Positions 9,593-20,034 are shown, counted from the first letter of the stretch. The stretch: DNA of 64,000 nucleotides from Candidatus Gottesmanbacteria bacterium (GCA_023245415.1 JAHFKJ010000001.1:32902-96901), one strand, 5' to 3'. The notes: generated by a model not told the origin, from the sequence alone. Program-made: numbers and translations.

Positions 9593-10382
9593 ACTTTTTA
9601 GCGATTAATAAAATCGATGATCTCTTATCAATCGCACCAGTTTCTCTTATAAACATATTTAGAAGCGGTACAAATGGTTTAATTAATATTTTTCTAAAAT
9701 TGGGAAATAATACCATCGAATCAGTGTATTTTTTGACTATTTTAGACAATACAGCAAAGGGAAGAAATAAATCATGTATCAAAATAATTTGTGGTGAATT
9801 ATAAAAAACCACATTTTCTAAGGAAAAATGGTTTTTCTCCAACTTTTTCTTCCACTGTTTCGGAGATAAAAGATGGTAATGCAAAAAAAGGCGGTTAATA
9901 AGTGAGGCATATTTTTTGGCGAGTATTGTTAACCCAAAATAATTTAGCAGTCGATAATAGCCCAGCTGTTTTGAATAAACATCTGATGGTGAAGTTGTAA
10001 TTAATTTACCACGCGGTTTTAATATTCTATTTATTTCCCCTAAAGCTGTGGACAATTCCGGTATATGTTCTAACACTCCGTTGATGAACACAGTTTTAAA
10101 ACTACAATTTTTAAACGGAAGATTAGTAACACTGGTACAGATGAGTCTATTATACATATTTGATTTTTTAGCTCTTCGTATTTCATTTTCATCAGAGTCA
10201 ATCCCGACGTCTATTTTAATATTTTTTTTAAACAAAACTTGTGCAAACAAGCCATCGCCACATCCGATTTCTAGTATCGGATGAATAAATTCTTCTTTTT
10301 CTAAAACTTGACATTCCCGGGCTCTAATTATTGCCCAAGATAGTGGTGCTTTGATCCAAAGATCATTTAAATAGTTATTCAT
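9555..10382 (-). CDS. Class I SAM-dependent methyltransferase
   Basis: Motif I 'ILEIGCGDGLFAQ' and motif 'VFINGVLEHIPE'. Confidence 0.6.
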   Translation of the reverse strand: MNNYLNDLWIKAPLSWAIIRARECQVLEKEEFIHPILEIGCGDGLFAQVLFKKNIKIDVGIDSDENEIRRAKKSNMYNRLICTSVTNLPFKNCSFKTVFINGVLEHIPELSTALGEINRILKPRGKLITTSPSDVYSKQLGYYRLLNYFGLTILAKKYASLINRLFLHYHLLSPKQWKKKLEKNHFSLENVVFYNSPQIILIHDLFLPFAVLSKIVKKYTDSMVLFPNFRKILIKPFVPLLNMFIRETGAIDKRSSILLIAKKYESLEKNNFQFN

Positions 10383-10395
10383 AATTAGACAAAAA

Positions 10396-11376
10396 TTAAC
10401 CGATATAATGAAACATTTTTTTTATACGATCGTGATACGTATGATGATTTTTAGTCTTTAACCAGCCTGAATAAGCAATTCTATTGCGAAGGTCTTCGTG
10501 TTTAAGGAAATAATCAACTTTTGAAATCATTTCAACTATAGATTTAAAATAAACCATTTCTATATTTTCTGTGAATAATTGACTCAAGGCAACATTATAC
10601 TCGCTAAGAACAAAAGCACCTACACCTGTGGACTCAAAATTTCTTAAATTGGCGATAACGACCGGTATACCTTCTTCTCCTGTTGAAACATTTATCACAA
10701 TTTTAGACTTGCGAAATACTTGCTTCATTTGTTGCTGATCTAGTTCACCATTGTAAAAATGCATAAGCGGGCTATTTTTCCAATTTGAGTAACCCCAAAG
10801 AGAGAAATTATAATCTTTGAGAGCGGAAAAATATTTGATTCTTCTTTGTGTTTTATGTCCGACAAATACAACATCAAAGTTTTTATAATTTACTTTAAAA
10901 TTAGTATCGGCTTCTCCTGCTACAGGTAAATATATAGTTTTTCTTCCAATTTTATTTAGTACTTGAGTTAAGTGTTTACATACTGAAAAATAATACTGGT
11001 AATATGGAGCAGTAGTGATTAAGAAATTCCACAAACCAATATTATCAGGGAACCAATTTATAGTAGGAATACCTAATGAATTTATTGCCTTTATTGTCGA
11101 AGGAAGAATTGTTTCACCTTTTATAGTGAGAAAGTAGTGAGGGTGTGTCTGCTTTATTTTTAATAATAGTTGATCATTTATCCAATTTATATACAAATTG
11201 GACATTTGCCTAATTGATGATAATATATTTTTAGACATTCCTAACCCGCTAGAAATAAAATCAGGTTTCAAATAATCGAAATGTACGACATGGTAATTCA
11301 GTTCATCTAATGCACGAGAAATAGGAGATAAGAAACGTGCCTGCTGAGGGATCGCAAATAGAATTTTATAAGTCAT
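10396..11376 (-). CDS. CgeB-like glycosyltransferase (Glyco_trans_1_2-like C-terminal domain)
   Basis: C-terminal pattern 'STGEEGIPVVIANLRNFESTGVGAFVLSEY...MVYFKSIVEMISKVDYFLKHEDLRNRIAYSGWLKTKNHHTYHDRIKKM' resembles CgeB-family proteins. Confidence 0.4.
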   Translation of the reverse strand: MTYKILFAIPQQARFLSPISRALDELNYHVVHFDYLKPDFISSGLGMSKNILSSIRQMSNLYINWINDQLLLKIKQTHPHYFLTIKGETILPSTIKAINSLGIPTINWFPDNIGLWNFLITTAPYYQYYFSVCKHLTQVLNKIGRKTIYLPVAGEADTNFKVNYKNFDVVFVGHKTQRRIKYFSALKDYNFSLWGYSNWKNSPLMHFYNGELDQQQMKQVFRKSKIVINVSTGEEGIPVVIANLRNFESTGVGAFVLSEYNVALSQLFTENIEMVYFKSIVEMISKVDYFLKHEDLRNRIAYSGWLKTKNHHTYHDRIKKMFHYIG

Positions 11377-11392
11377 CGAATTTTTTTTAAAT

Positions 11393-11773
11393 ATGCATGT
11401 TAGTAATAATAAATTATTAGCTTCAGATAACAGAGGATTAATATATTTTATAACAGCATTGAATTTTTCTATGAAGAATGCTTTATTTATTCTTTCAAAG
11501 AAAGGTGCATTAAGAGCAAATCATTACCATCAAAAAGATACACACGTTACTTATTTAATCACTGGAAAGTTCGAATACTTTGAGAAAAAAGTTCAAAGTA
11601 ACAGGTTTGGTACTGTGTCTCGTATTATACATCCTGGTGAAATGGTAGAAACTTTACCCAACACGATACACGCCATGAAGTTTATGGAGGATTCGAGTAT
11701 GCTGGTATTAACAACCGAAAAAAGAGATCAAAAGAGCTACGAAGGAGACACTGTGAGAATTCAACTAATTTAA
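11393..11773 (+). CDS. Small cupin-fold protein, WxcM/FdtA-like (candidate NDP-sugar 3,4-ketoisomerase)
   Basis: 'DNRGLIYFITA', 'RANHYHQKDTHVTYLITG' and a C-terminal acidic tail. This is the only + gene between two - strand blocks, and the start is uncertain. Confidence 0.35.
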   Translation: MHVSNNKLLASDNRGLIYFITALNFSMKNALFILSKKGALRANHYHQKDTHVTYLITGKFEYFEKKVQSNRFGTVSRIIHPGEMVETLPNTIHAMKFMEDSSMLVLTTEKRDQKSYEGDTVRIQLI

Positions 11774-13011
11774 ATAATTTTTGGAGATGGAACAGGTAGA
11801 ATAAATTTTACTCCCTTGTTTCTCAGATAAGCATATTTATCCATAATTGTTTTTGCAAAGTTCCAAGCGAGAATTAAAATATAATCAGGTTTTTGTATTG
11901 ATAAAAATCGAGAAGATCGTACCTGTATATGTGATCCAGGAGTAAAAAGATTGTGTTTAAATTCACTGTCATCTACTATGTAGTCGAGATACTGAGTATT
12001 AATTCCAAAGTAATTAAGTAAAGTATTACCTTTAGCTGGAGCGCCATATCCGATAATTCGTTTATTTTTCTGCTTAAGTTGAGATAAGAGTTCAGTTAAC
12101 GCAAGTTTATTTATCTCAACTCGCTGCGCAAATTGGTGATATGTAGAAAGGTTGGTCAGTTTTTTAGACTTTTCATATTTTAACAGTTTATTTACTAACG
12201 AAGAAATCTTATGCGTAGAATTCTCTTTTGTTACAAAAACTCTGAGTGAACCACCATGCGTAGATACACGTTCTACATCAATTATTCGCATCTGCCAGCC
12301 TTTAAAGAAGGTTAACAGCGGAGTTAACGAAAAATATGATATATGTTCGTGATAAACAGTATCAAATAGGTTCTTATCCAGAAAATCTATCAGATAGGGA
12401 ACTTCAAGAATAAAAACACCATTAGTATCTAGCAGGTTGTAAACTCCCTTTGCAACTTCGTCTATATCATTGATATGAGCAAAAACATTTGTGGCTGTGA
12501 TTATTTCAGCCCTTCCATAAGAATTTATAATTTTATCTGTCAGTAACAAACTAAAGAAATCAGTGATCGTATTGATACTGTTATTACGAGCAATTTGAGC
12601 CACGTTTTCTGATGGTTCAATGCCCAAAACTTGAATTCCAAGTTTGTGGTAAGGCTTAAGTAATATCCCATCGTTGCTTCCGATGTCAATTACTAATGAT
12701 GTTTTCTTTAATGAAAACCGCTCTACTATTTTACGCGCGAATTCTTCGAAGTGTTTTATAAAGAGAGGTGAGGTTGATGAAACGTATACATAATCCTTAA
12801 ACAAGACTTTTGGAGAAACGATATCGATTAGTTGAAGAAGGTGGCAATTCCTGCAGAAATAAACATTCAAAGGGTAATATTTTTCTGATTGAAAATCTCG
12901 CTGAGATTTAAGAAACGCATTTGCTAAAGGTTGCGGTCCAAACTTAAATACTAAAGTTAATTTATTGCTTTTACAGATACGGCAAACTTGATTTATGCTT
13001 AAATCCTTCAT
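11770..13011 (-). CDS. Zn-ribbon plus SAM methyltransferase of the NDP-sugar C-methyltransferase (TylCIII-like) family; paralog of 25640..26884
   Basis: N-terminal 'CRICKSNKL...CRNCHLLQL' zinc ribbon. 'LVIDIGSNDGILL' SAM motif I. Conserved 'FDTVYHEHISYFS' and 'GGSLRV' blocks, and C-terminal 'KRIIGYGAPAKGNTLLNY'. Confidence 0.6.
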   Translation of the reverse strand: MKDLSINQVCRICKSNKLTLVFKFGPQPLANAFLKSQRDFQSEKYYPLNVYFCRNCHLLQLIDIVSPKVLFKDYVYVSSTSPLFIKHFEEFARKIVERFSLKKTSLVIDIGSNDGILLKPYHKLGIQVLGIEPSENVAQIARNNSINTITDFFSLLLTDKIINSYGRAEIITATNVFAHINDIDEVAKGVYNLLDTNGVFILEVPYLIDFLDKNLFDTVYHEHISYFSLTPLLTFFKGWQMRIIDVERVSTHGGSLRVFVTKENSTHKISSLVNKLLKYEKSKKLTNLSTYHQFAQRVEINKLALTELLSQLKQKNKRIIGYGAPAKGNTLLNYFGINTQYLDYIVDDSEFKHNLFTPGSHIQVRSSRFLSIQKPDYILILAWNFAKTIMDKYAYLRNKGVKFILPVPSPKII

Positions 13012-13133
13012 ATGTTGTATGTCAAAACTTTATGCAATCTAGGTAATTTATGTTAAAGAAAGTTTCGTCTAGTACATTAGTTGGTAAACAAATGTAATAT
13101 TTTCATGATACAATTTACGCCAAACTAAATTAT

Positions 13134-14195
13134 ATGAGTAGATCTATTTTTGAGCAAGACACCGGTAAAATTGCTAAAAGTATTCGTAAAATTTCCACTC
13201 AACTGTCTGGGTGCACGTTATTAATTTCTGGTGGTACCGGATTTATCGGGTCTTATATTTTACGCACGATTGCATATTTAAATAAAACAACTTTACCTCA
13301 AGCTTGTAAAGTAATTTCAATCGACAATTATCTCACAAGTACTAAAAAAGAAAATGATGATGAGTTTCCTAAAGAAGAATTTACTTTTCTAGAGCATGAC
13401 ATTAGACAGCCTTTAAGTTTATGGGAAAAAATTGATTTTATAATTCATGCTGCAGGTGTAGCATCACCGATTTATTATCAAAAATATCCTTTAGAAACGA
13501 TTGAAACTGCGATTTGGGGGGCAAAAAATCTTCTAGAGTTAGCGAAAATAAAAAAAAGTAAAAGTTTTCTCTATTTCTCATCTAGTGAGATTTATGGTGA
13601 TCCGGATCCATCAGCAGTACCCACTCCAGAAACGTACCGAGGTAATGTTTCTTCCATTGGTGACCGCGCTTGTTATGACGAGTCCAAACGATTGGGTGAA
13701 ACTTTGTGCATGACTTACTTTTTTTTACATAAGATTCCCCTAAAAATTGTCAGACCTTTCAATATTTTTGGACCTGGTATGAAAGCCAACGACTACCGAG
13801 TAGTTCCCACATTTATATACCGTGCGCTGACGGACAAATACTTACCTGTTCATGATAAGGGAAACCAAACTCGTACCTTTTGTTACATCACTGATGCAGT
13901 TACTGCATTTTTCCAGGTACTTCTTTCATCTAAAAATGGTGAAGTCTACAATGTGGGTAATGATACAAATGAAATCAATATGATGAGTTTAGCTGATACG
14001 GTAAGTCAGTTATTTAAAAAACGACCCGTCATTAAAATGATTGCATATCCAAATCATTATCCCTCAGACGAGCCTCGCCGGCGCTGCCCAGATTTATCAA
14101 AAATAAAAGCAGAATTTGGTTATACTCCGGAGGTGAATTTGTCTATGGGGCTTAAACGTACACTCACATGGTATAAATCAACCTATAAGTTATGA
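13134..14195 (+). CDS. NAD-dependent epimerase/dehydratase (SDR), UDP-glucuronate decarboxylase (UXS)-like
   Basis: 'LISGGTGFIGSY', 'YFSSSEIYGDP', catalytic 'YDESKRLGE', 'RPFNIFGPGM' and 'DKGNQTRTFCYITDAV'. Confidence 0.65.
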   Translation: MSRSIFEQDTGKIAKSIRKISTQLSGCTLLISGGTGFIGSYILRTIAYLNKTTLPQACKVISIDNYLTSTKKENDDEFPKEEFTFLEHDIRQPLSLWEKIDFIIHAAGVASPIYYQKYPLETIETAIWGAKNLLELAKIKKSKSFLYFSSSEIYGDPDPSAVPTPETYRGNVSSIGDRACYDESKRLGETLCMTYFFLHKIPLKIVRPFNIFGPGMKANDYRVVPTFIYRALTDKYLPVHDKGNQTRTFCYITDAVTAFFQVLLSSKNGEVYNVGNDTNEINMMSLADTVSQLFKKRPVIKMIAYPNHYPSDEPRRRCPDLSKIKAEFGYTPEVNLSMGLKRTLTWYKSTYKL

Positions 14196-15139
14196 TTAAC
14201 CTGGCGCTTGTCGGAGTGGGTAAGTGGGGGAAAAACTTTTTGACTACTGTCGATAAGGTTTCAGATTGTAGGATTAAATATGTTTGCGCAAAAACGCAAA
14301 ATACACTGCAAAATTTATCGGATTCTTTTTCAAAGACAATTTTATATGAGGAATTATTCGAAAAAAAAGATTTACACGGTGTAATTATCGCGTCGCCTGC
14401 AGTAACTCATTTTAGAATGGCATATGACTTTATATCGCATGGGATTCCTGTACTTGTAGAAAAACCATTTACTACAAATCTTATTGAAGCAATTAAACTG
14501 GAAAATCACGCAACTAAACTGCAAGTTCCCTTAATGGTAGGACATGAATTTGTGTATAATCCCGCTTTTCAAGTCTTTAAACGAATATTATCTGAAATTG
14601 GATCTGTGAAATATATATATACGGAAGCAGGAAATTATGGTCCCTTTAGACCAGATATCTCCTGTTTATGGGATTGGGGTCCTCACGATGTCGCTATGTT
14701 AATTGATCTATTCCAATTATTACCTCAAACTGTTCAAGCTTGGATTACCGGTGAAGATATAGTTATCGCCCGACTTGTTTTTAATAAAACCGTAGATGCT
14801 TTTATCAACATCAACCGATTGATGCATACTAAAATTAGAACTTTCAATGCCTTGAGCCGTAAAATTAGCATTAGATACGATGAATTTGCGAAACAAAAAC
14901 TTACGTTTTATAGCTATCAACCAGTAATGAATAATTCCCAAATTAAACCGATGATTTCTTACCCTGACTATGATTTAACACCAGCGTTGCAAAAAGAAGT
15001 CGAAACCTTTGTTCAAATTATTCAAAACCGTAAGCATCCGAATCTTACAAACGGTTCTCACGCAGTGTTAGTAATCAAAATTCTCGAGGCCTTAGAGAAT
15101 TCATCAAACAACTCAGGTAAAGCTATAGAAATTCATTAA
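14192..15139 (+). CDS. Gfo/Idh/MocA-family NAD(P)-dependent sugar oxidoreductase (WbpB/WlbA-like)
   Basis: N-terminal Rossmann 'LALVGVGKWGKNF', 'GIPVLVEKPFTTNLIEA' and 'WDWGPHDVAML'. ATGA overlap with the upstream SDR gene. Confidence 0.65.
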   Translation: MINLALVGVGKWGKNFLTTVDKVSDCRIKYVCAKTQNTLQNLSDSFSKTILYEELFEKKDLHGVIIASPAVTHFRMAYDFISHGIPVLVEKPFTTNLIEAIKLENHATKLQVPLMVGHEFVYNPAFQVFKRILSEIGSVKYIYTEAGNYGPFRPDISCLWDWGPHDVAMLIDLFQLLPQTVQAWITGEDIVIARLVFNKTVDAFININRLMHTKIRTFNALSRKISIRYDEFAKQKLTFYSYQPVMNNSQIKPMISYPDYDLTPALQKEVETFVQIIQNRKHPNLTNGSHAVLVIKILEALENSSNNSGKAIEIH

Positions 15140-16946
15140 ATTCTAATACGTCTATATACGGACCAAATCTATTTACATGAAGCAGTTCGTAAACATTTGC
15201 AGATCCATGAATTAAATTTGTTAAAGGTTCTAACGAAGTCGTATGACGAGGAGTGATATGTTTAATTAATCGCCAGTGTGGAGGAGCATGGGTTACTAAT
15301 CGCTTTTCGGAAGTCCAAAATAATTGAATGATATATTTAATTTTCTGATTTTGAGCATACGCAAAAGTTTTATCAGGATCATCTCCTTGCTTGGTTATTT
15401 CGAGATAAACAACATTTCTTACAGTTTCCGGGTAGTCTTTCGGGGTTAAGACTTTAGCAAGTTGACCCCAAGCACTAGGTTTAAACACCTGCATAACTTT
15501 CATGGCTTCTCTATCGGGGACAAATGGAGAAAAACGAATAGATGTTAATGCAATCTGTAAGTTTGGATCAATATGTCGATTCAGCCAAGTCTGCATTTCA
15601 ATAAATGTAGGCGTATTGTTGTAACGTGATAACCATAAAAGAGATGGAAATATAAGTAATAATATGATTAAGCCAGTAGAGATAGTTAAAACATATTTAT
15701 TCTTAACGCTAACAAGAATATGATTCAAAACAAATGCTGCCGGAATTGATAAGAGGGGAATTATCGGAAGTAAATATCTGAGTGACTGATAAAATGTAAT
15801 CGCCATAATTAGAAAATAAATAGTTGAATAACTCATTATTGGTAAGAGTAATTTTGGCCAATGTTTTACCATGAAAATAGAAATTAAAAGTAATATAAAC
15901 AACATTGGTTCTGTAAGAATAAATTCTTTTGTATAAAACCCTAACCCGCTCAAAAGACCTTGGTTAATATTAGCGGTAAGTATATTTTGAAACTCTGATA
16001 GTTGATATGTATAAGTCATCAGCATTTTATATAAGCTTAACGAGACTAAAGGTATCCCGATAAGTACAGTGAGAGTAAGTAATGATTGGTTGTAAGGTAA
16101 AATTTTTCTTTTAGATTGCAAAAAAAGCAGCAAGAGTAGTAATAATCCATAAATGGCAGAAAAATGAAATCCAATAGCCAATACGAACGAAAGGGCAGAA
16201 AAAAATATAAATTTAATTTGTTGTTGAACTTTATCCAAACTTTTATAGCACCAGTAGATTCCCAACAAGTAAAAAAACTGTGAAGGCATCCACGGTTTCC
16301 CAATATGAGACAGTTGCACATGAGTTGTTGAAAATGCCACTATGAACGTAGCCCAAAAAGCAACGTTGGGTCGTTTGGGAAGTATTAATCTTGTTAACTT
16401 ATAGACAATTAGGAGTGAAGCTGTCCCAAATAAAGCTGAAATAAGTCTTGGAATAAATAATAAGTAGCCTTCGTGAGTTAATATAAAAAGTTCAAATTGA
16501 GAAATGTTGGATACGTGGTGAGTTAACCACAGGAACAGATAAGTAGCACCGAAGAATGGAATTAAAACATAAGAACCTAGTGGAGGATATTGAGAAGAAG
16601 TTATAAGTGTTTTTTGTGATAGCATTTCAAATGCCGCAAGGTAATTAGGAACTTCATCTGGAACGGTATAAAGTGCAGGACTACCAAAAGTTGGATTTAT
16701 AATTCTAATTGTAAACGCTAAAATAATAATAAATATTAGATTAATCATTGATGAATTCATAAATGTAAGGGGTAGTATAATTACACTAATCGATGGGAGC
16801 AAATAATGTGTTAAAAATAAAAAGCCAAATACCATACGGTAAACAGCAAATATTCTCTGATGATGTTGAAGCAGTTGTAAGAGTTTTAAATTCAGATTAT
16901 CTGACACAAGGACCTTGTATTGAAAAATTTGAATATGCAATCGCAC
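15123..16946 (-). CDS. Large polytopic membrane protein with a C-terminal soluble domain, GT-C-like. GTG start at 16946; an alternative ATG start sits near 16760.
   Basis: 607 aa, more than 10 predicted TM segments. First loop carries the 'YTVPDEVPNYLAAF' acidic motif resembling ArnT/PMT family. The long form overlaps the divergent aminotransferase start by about 150 nt, so the downstream start (MNSSMINL) is more plausible. Confidence 0.4.
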   Translation of the reverse strand: MRLHIQIFQYKVLVSDNLNLKLLQLLQHHQRIFAVYRMVFGFLFLTHYLLPSISVIILPLTFMNSSMINLIFIIILAFTIRIINPTFGSPALYTVPDEVPNYLAAFEMLSQKTLITSSQYPPLGSYVLIPFFGATYLFLWLTHHVSNISQFELFILTHEGYLLFIPRLISALFGTASLLIVYKLTRLILPKRPNVAFWATFIVAFSTTHVQLSHIGKPWMPSQFFYLLGIYWCYKSLDKVQQQIKFIFFSALSFVLAIGFHFSAIYGLLLLLLLFLQSKRKILPYNQSLLTLTVLIGIPLVSLSLYKMLMTYTYQLSEFQNILTANINQGLLSGLGFYTKEFILTEPMLFILLLISIFMVKHWPKLLLPIMSYSTIYFLIMAITFYQSLRYLLPIIPLLSIPAAFVLNHILVSVKNKYVLTISTGLIILLLIFPSLLWLSRYNNTPTFIEMQTWLNRHIDPNLQIALTSIRFSPFVPDREAMKVMQVFKPSAWGQLAKVLTPKDYPETVRNVVYLEITKQGDDPDKTFAYAQNQKIKYIIQLFWTSEKRLVTHAPPHWRLIKHITPRHTTSLEPLTNLIHGSANVYELLHVNRFGPYIDVLEFNEFL

Positions 16947-17986
16947 AATATTGTCAAGTCAAATACGCTGTAGCTTTTTCATCCGGTACCGCAGCTCTTC
17001 ATGGTGCATGTTTTGCTGCAGGAGTCGGAAATGGAGATGAAGTCATTACATCACCGTTAACTTTTGCAGCTTCAGCAAACTGTGTATTGTATTGCGGAGG
17101 AAAACCCGTATTTGCTGATATAAAATCCGATATTCCCTTGATAGATCCAAAACAAATATTTTTAAAAATTACCGATCGGACAAAAGCTGTTATACCTGTT
17201 GACTATTCTGGTATGCCAGCAGATTACCATGAAATAAATATTCTTGTTAGAAAACATAAATTAATAGTTATTGCGGATGCGGCGCATTCTTTCGGGGCAA
17301 CTTATAAGGATAAGAAAGTTGGCAGCTTAGCTGATATGACAGTGTTTTCTTTTCATCCAGTGAAACTTATTACTACAGGTGAAGGTGGAATGGTTGTAAC
17401 TAATAATCAAAAATTTTATGAGCGATTATTACTTTTTCGAAATCATGGGATTACAAAAGACCCGCGATTATTAAAAAGAAAAAGTGAGGGCCCATGGTAT
17501 TATGAAATGCAAGAGTTGGGTTTTAATTACCGACTAACCGATATACAGGCTGCGTTGGGTTTGATGCAACTTAAAAAAATTAATCGGTTTTTGGTTCGAA
17601 GGACTGAGATTGCTTCCGTATACACAAATTTTTTAAAAAATGAGATAAATATTCGTTCGCTGAGTGTTTCAAATGATCGCACATCCGCCTGGCATTTATA
17701 TCCGATTCAGCTGCAAGGAAAACTTCGAAATCTTAGAAAAGATATTGTAAATTTACTCCATAAGAGGGGGGTGATGGTACAAATTCACTACATTCCTGTA
17801 CATTTACATCCTTTTTATCACGAGCAGTTTGGGTTTAAAAAGGGAGATTTTCCCAACGCAGAAGCATTTTACGAAGGCGAAATTTCATTACCAATTTTTC
17901 CTAAACTAAAAACTAGAGAGCAATTTTGGGTTTTAAAAACACTCAAAAACGTCCTTACGTCTTTTTCTTCACTTAGTAAACATTGA
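16793..17986 (+). CDS. pseC: DegT/DnrJ/EryC1-family PLP-dependent sugar aminotransferase, PseC-like
   Basis: N-terminal 'IPYGKQQIFSDDVEAVVRVLNSDYLTQGP' is characteristic of PseC-type 4-aminotransferases. 'DAAHSFGATYKDKKVGSLADMTVFSFHPVKLITTGEGG' retains the PLP-binding lysine. Confidence 0.65.
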   Translation: MGANNVLKIKSQIPYGKQQIFSDDVEAVVRVLNSDYLTQGPCIEKFEYAIAQYCQVKYAVAFSSGTAALHGACFAAGVGNGDEVITSPLTFAASANCVLYCGGKPVFADIKSDIPLIDPKQIFLKITDRTKAVIPVDYSGMPADYHEINILVRKHKLIVIADAAHSFGATYKDKKVGSLADMTVFSFHPVKLITTGEGGMVVTNNQKFYERLLLFRNHGITKDPRLLKRKSEGPWYYEMQELGFNYRLTDIQAALGLMQLKKINRFLVRRTEIASVYTNFLKNEINIRSLSVSNDRTSAWHLYPIQLQGKLRNLRKDIVNLLHKRGVMVQIHYIPVHLHPFYHEQFGFKKGDFPNAEAFYEGEISLPIFPKLKTREQFWVLKTLKNVLTSFSSLSKH

Positions 17987-18012
17987 TTTTATCACTGTGG
18001 GAATATCAAATT

Positions 18013-18798
18013 TTAGCGGACATCAATTCCTTTTAGGCGCATATATTCTTTTGCATGTCGGGTGGATTGTTCAGTAAAGTGAAAAATGTTTGCTGCGGCT
18101 ACAGCCGATGCATGACCGTTCACAATTCCGTCAAATAAATGTTGCCATTCACCTACACCGCCGGCGGCAATTACTGGTATATCAACATTATCAGCAATAT
18201 TTCTAATTAAATTCAAATCATATCCGGAAAGTGTGCCGTCTTTATCCATTGATTGTAAAAGTATTTCTCCGGCTCCTCTGTTGGCCACTTCTTTTGCCCA
18301 ATAAATCGGATCCAAACCTGTTGCAACTTGGCCGTAACTTGTGATGACTTCATATTTATCATTTATTTTCTTAACATCAATTGACACAACGATACACTGT
18401 CTACCGAATATTTTAGCAGCCTCAGTTATAAATTCAGGTTTTTTAACAGCTTGTGAGTTGATCGAAATCTTATCGGCGCCGGCATGTAGATATTTTCTAA
18501 TATCAGCAATCGTATTGATACCACCACCAACAGTCAGCGGTACGAAACATCTAGTAGAAATATATTCTGTGTATTCAATCAATTTGGAGAAATTTTCTAA
18601 ATTAATATCCTGTCGACCTCGTATATACTTCATTTCTGGGGTGATGTCTAAAAAAACTATTTCGTCTACTTCCCATGCATTGAAGTATTCAATTGCAATT
18701 TTTGGGTTTCCTACAGGACGAAATGTTTTAAATTCAATACTCTTAACAAGCATACCTTCGCGCAACAACAGAATTGGGATCAGACGCTTTTTTAACAT
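18013..18798 (-). CDS. HisF-like cyclase/ammonia-channel subunit (WbuZ/AglY-like) of an acetamidino-sugar amidotransferase complex
   Basis: 'DEIVFLDI', 'AGADKISINS', 'DGTLSGYDLNLI' and 'IPVIAAGGVG' (TIM-barrel HisF signature). Lies in a sugar-modification context rather than a histidine operon. Confidence 0.7.
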   Translation of the reverse strand: MLKKRLIPILLLREGMLVKSIEFKTFRPVGNPKIAIEYFNAWEVDEIVFLDITPEMKYIRGRQDINLENFSKLIEYTEYISTRCFVPLTVGGGINTIADIRKYLHAGADKISINSQAVKKPEFITEAAKIFGRQCIVVSIDVKKINDKYEVITSYGQVATGLDPIYWAKEVANRGAGEILLQSMDKDGTLSGYDLNLIRNIADNVDIPVIAAGGVGEWQHLFDGIVNGHASAVAAANIFHFTEQSTRHAKEYMRLKGIDVR

Positions 18799-18799
18799 A

Positions 18800-20029
18800 T
18801 TACATGAATTGATATTCTTTTGGTTCTGGAAGAGGAGGGTTAGGCTGTAAAATATAGTAAGAATCAGGATTTAAGGGCAATCTAGAGACCTCGACGCCTG
18901 GATCATCAAGATGATTAGTAATAGAGTCAATCAGCTTCCAGTCACCAGATGATATTTTTTTCCATGCCTGTCGATCGCGCATTTTCTCAACTGCTTCAAA
19001 CAAATCTTTCTTGACTAGACCTGTCCATTTCAAGTATATATCCAGGTCATATGGTTCCTGGTGGTCATATTTTTCAACCATTGCAATTCCTTGCTCCCGG
19101 CTCATTCTACCGAAGCGAATATCAATACTGGCGTGATCCGTTGCTCGACCGTATCCAAATTTAAGATAGCGGAGATAGTCGTTTAGTCCGTTTGAAACAT
19201 GATCTTCGACATTTTCATATAAATTAAACGACCGATGCGGCGGTCCAGATTCAAAGCCGTATTTTTTTATCATCAGTTCCGTTTGTATTTTATGATTCCA
19301 GGGTATGAAGTTCCCTAAATAAATACCGCGAACATCGACACGATCAATTTCTTGATCGGTAGGATACATGGCCCAAAATAAATCCTTAGGTGTAATATCA
19401 TTTTCTTCTGAGAGCATATCCTGCCAATCATAACCGCGAAGTCCGTGTTCTACACGAAACTTTTTTGTCATTTCCACCATATCAAAATGTGAAAACATAC
19501 CTCCCAAGTCCATAAAACCTTGCTCACCCCAAATTATAAGCGGTATATTGTATTTTACGGCAATTTGCACAGGATAAGTGTAGATTCCACAGTGACTGTG
19601 CCAAAACATATCCCCCATTCTTCTTATAGTATAGATGGATAATTTTTTGATAGCAGCTGGATTGGGAGTGAAACGGAGATGGTCTAACTCAAATCGTTTG
19701 ACTAAGTTAGTCAAGTTTCTTAAACCGCGTTTGGTATTCATCTCGTGGTTAAATGTCACGAGCAACGGATTCATCCCGTAAATAACTTTAATGAGATAGG
19801 TTTGATAATGGCTATCTTTGCCGCCGGAAACAGGAATAATACAATCATAGTTTTTACCATTAGTGCTGCGATACTTGTCTAGAATAGTTCGAAGTTTATT
19901 CTCGCGCTCCTTCCAGTCGATGCTTTCTTTTTCTTCATGTACCCGACATGCACTACATACACCTTGTTCATCAAAGGTGAGCGGAATGGCATAATTTTCC
20001 GGACAGACGCAGCGTTGACAGTAGCGCAT
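18800..20029 (-). CDS. N-acetyl sugar amidotransferase (WbuX/WbpG/PseA/AglZ-like PP-loop ATP pyrophosphatase)
   Basis: N-terminal Cys-rich ribbon 'CQRCVCPENY...CSACRVHEE' and PP-loop 'IIPVSGGKDSHYQ'. Adjacent to the HisH-like and HisF-like genes. Confidence 0.7.
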   Translation of the reverse strand: MRYCQRCVCPENYAIPLTFDEQGVCSACRVHEEKESIDWKERENKLRTILDKYRSTNGKNYDCIIPVSGGKDSHYQTYLIKVIYGMNPLLVTFNHEMNTKRGLRNLTNLVKRFELDHLRFTPNPAAIKKLSIYTIRRMGDMFWHSHCGIYTYPVQIAVKYNIPLIIWGEQGFMDLGGMFSHFDMVEMTKKFRVEHGLRGYDWQDMLSEENDITPKDLFWAMYPTDQEIDRVDVRGIYLGNFIPWNHKIQTELMIKKYGFESGPPHRSFNLYENVEDHVSNGLNDYLRYLKFGYGRATDHASIDIRFGRMSREQGIAMVEKYDHQEPYDLDIYLKWTGLVKKDLFEAVEKMRDRQAWKKISSGDWKLIDSITNHLDDPGVEVSRLPLNPDSYYILQPNPPLPEPKEYQFM

Positions 20030-20034
20030 AAAAT

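Noticed and set aside
10048-10284. 78-aa + strand ORF antisense to the methyltransferase gene at 9555-10382. Similar short antisense or nested ORFs occur at 12152-12352, 14720-14941, 16046-16321, 18341-18850, 20068-20301, 20634-20870, 21668-21925, 22404-22598, 25935-26117, 27944-28171, 30348-30590, 35163-35435, 35867-36275, 36964-37188, 39338-39562, 41752-42069, 45728-45985, 46822-47004, 47478-47681, 48945-49368, 49481-49914, 50637-50870, 51206-51508, 52726-52908, 53093-53278, 53514-53708, 57828-58232, 58238-58429, 60367-60747 and 62462-62644.
   Set aside because: All lie entirely inside, or antisense to, longer ORFs with clear enzyme motifs. They have low-complexity or odd composition and no recognisable domains, as expected for chance ORFs in AT-rich DNA.
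17987-18012. Possible rho-independent terminator between the convergent PseC-like and HisF-like genes.
   Set aside because: Only a 5-bp TTGAT/ATCAA inverted repeat with a long loop and no U-tract. This is too weak to call.
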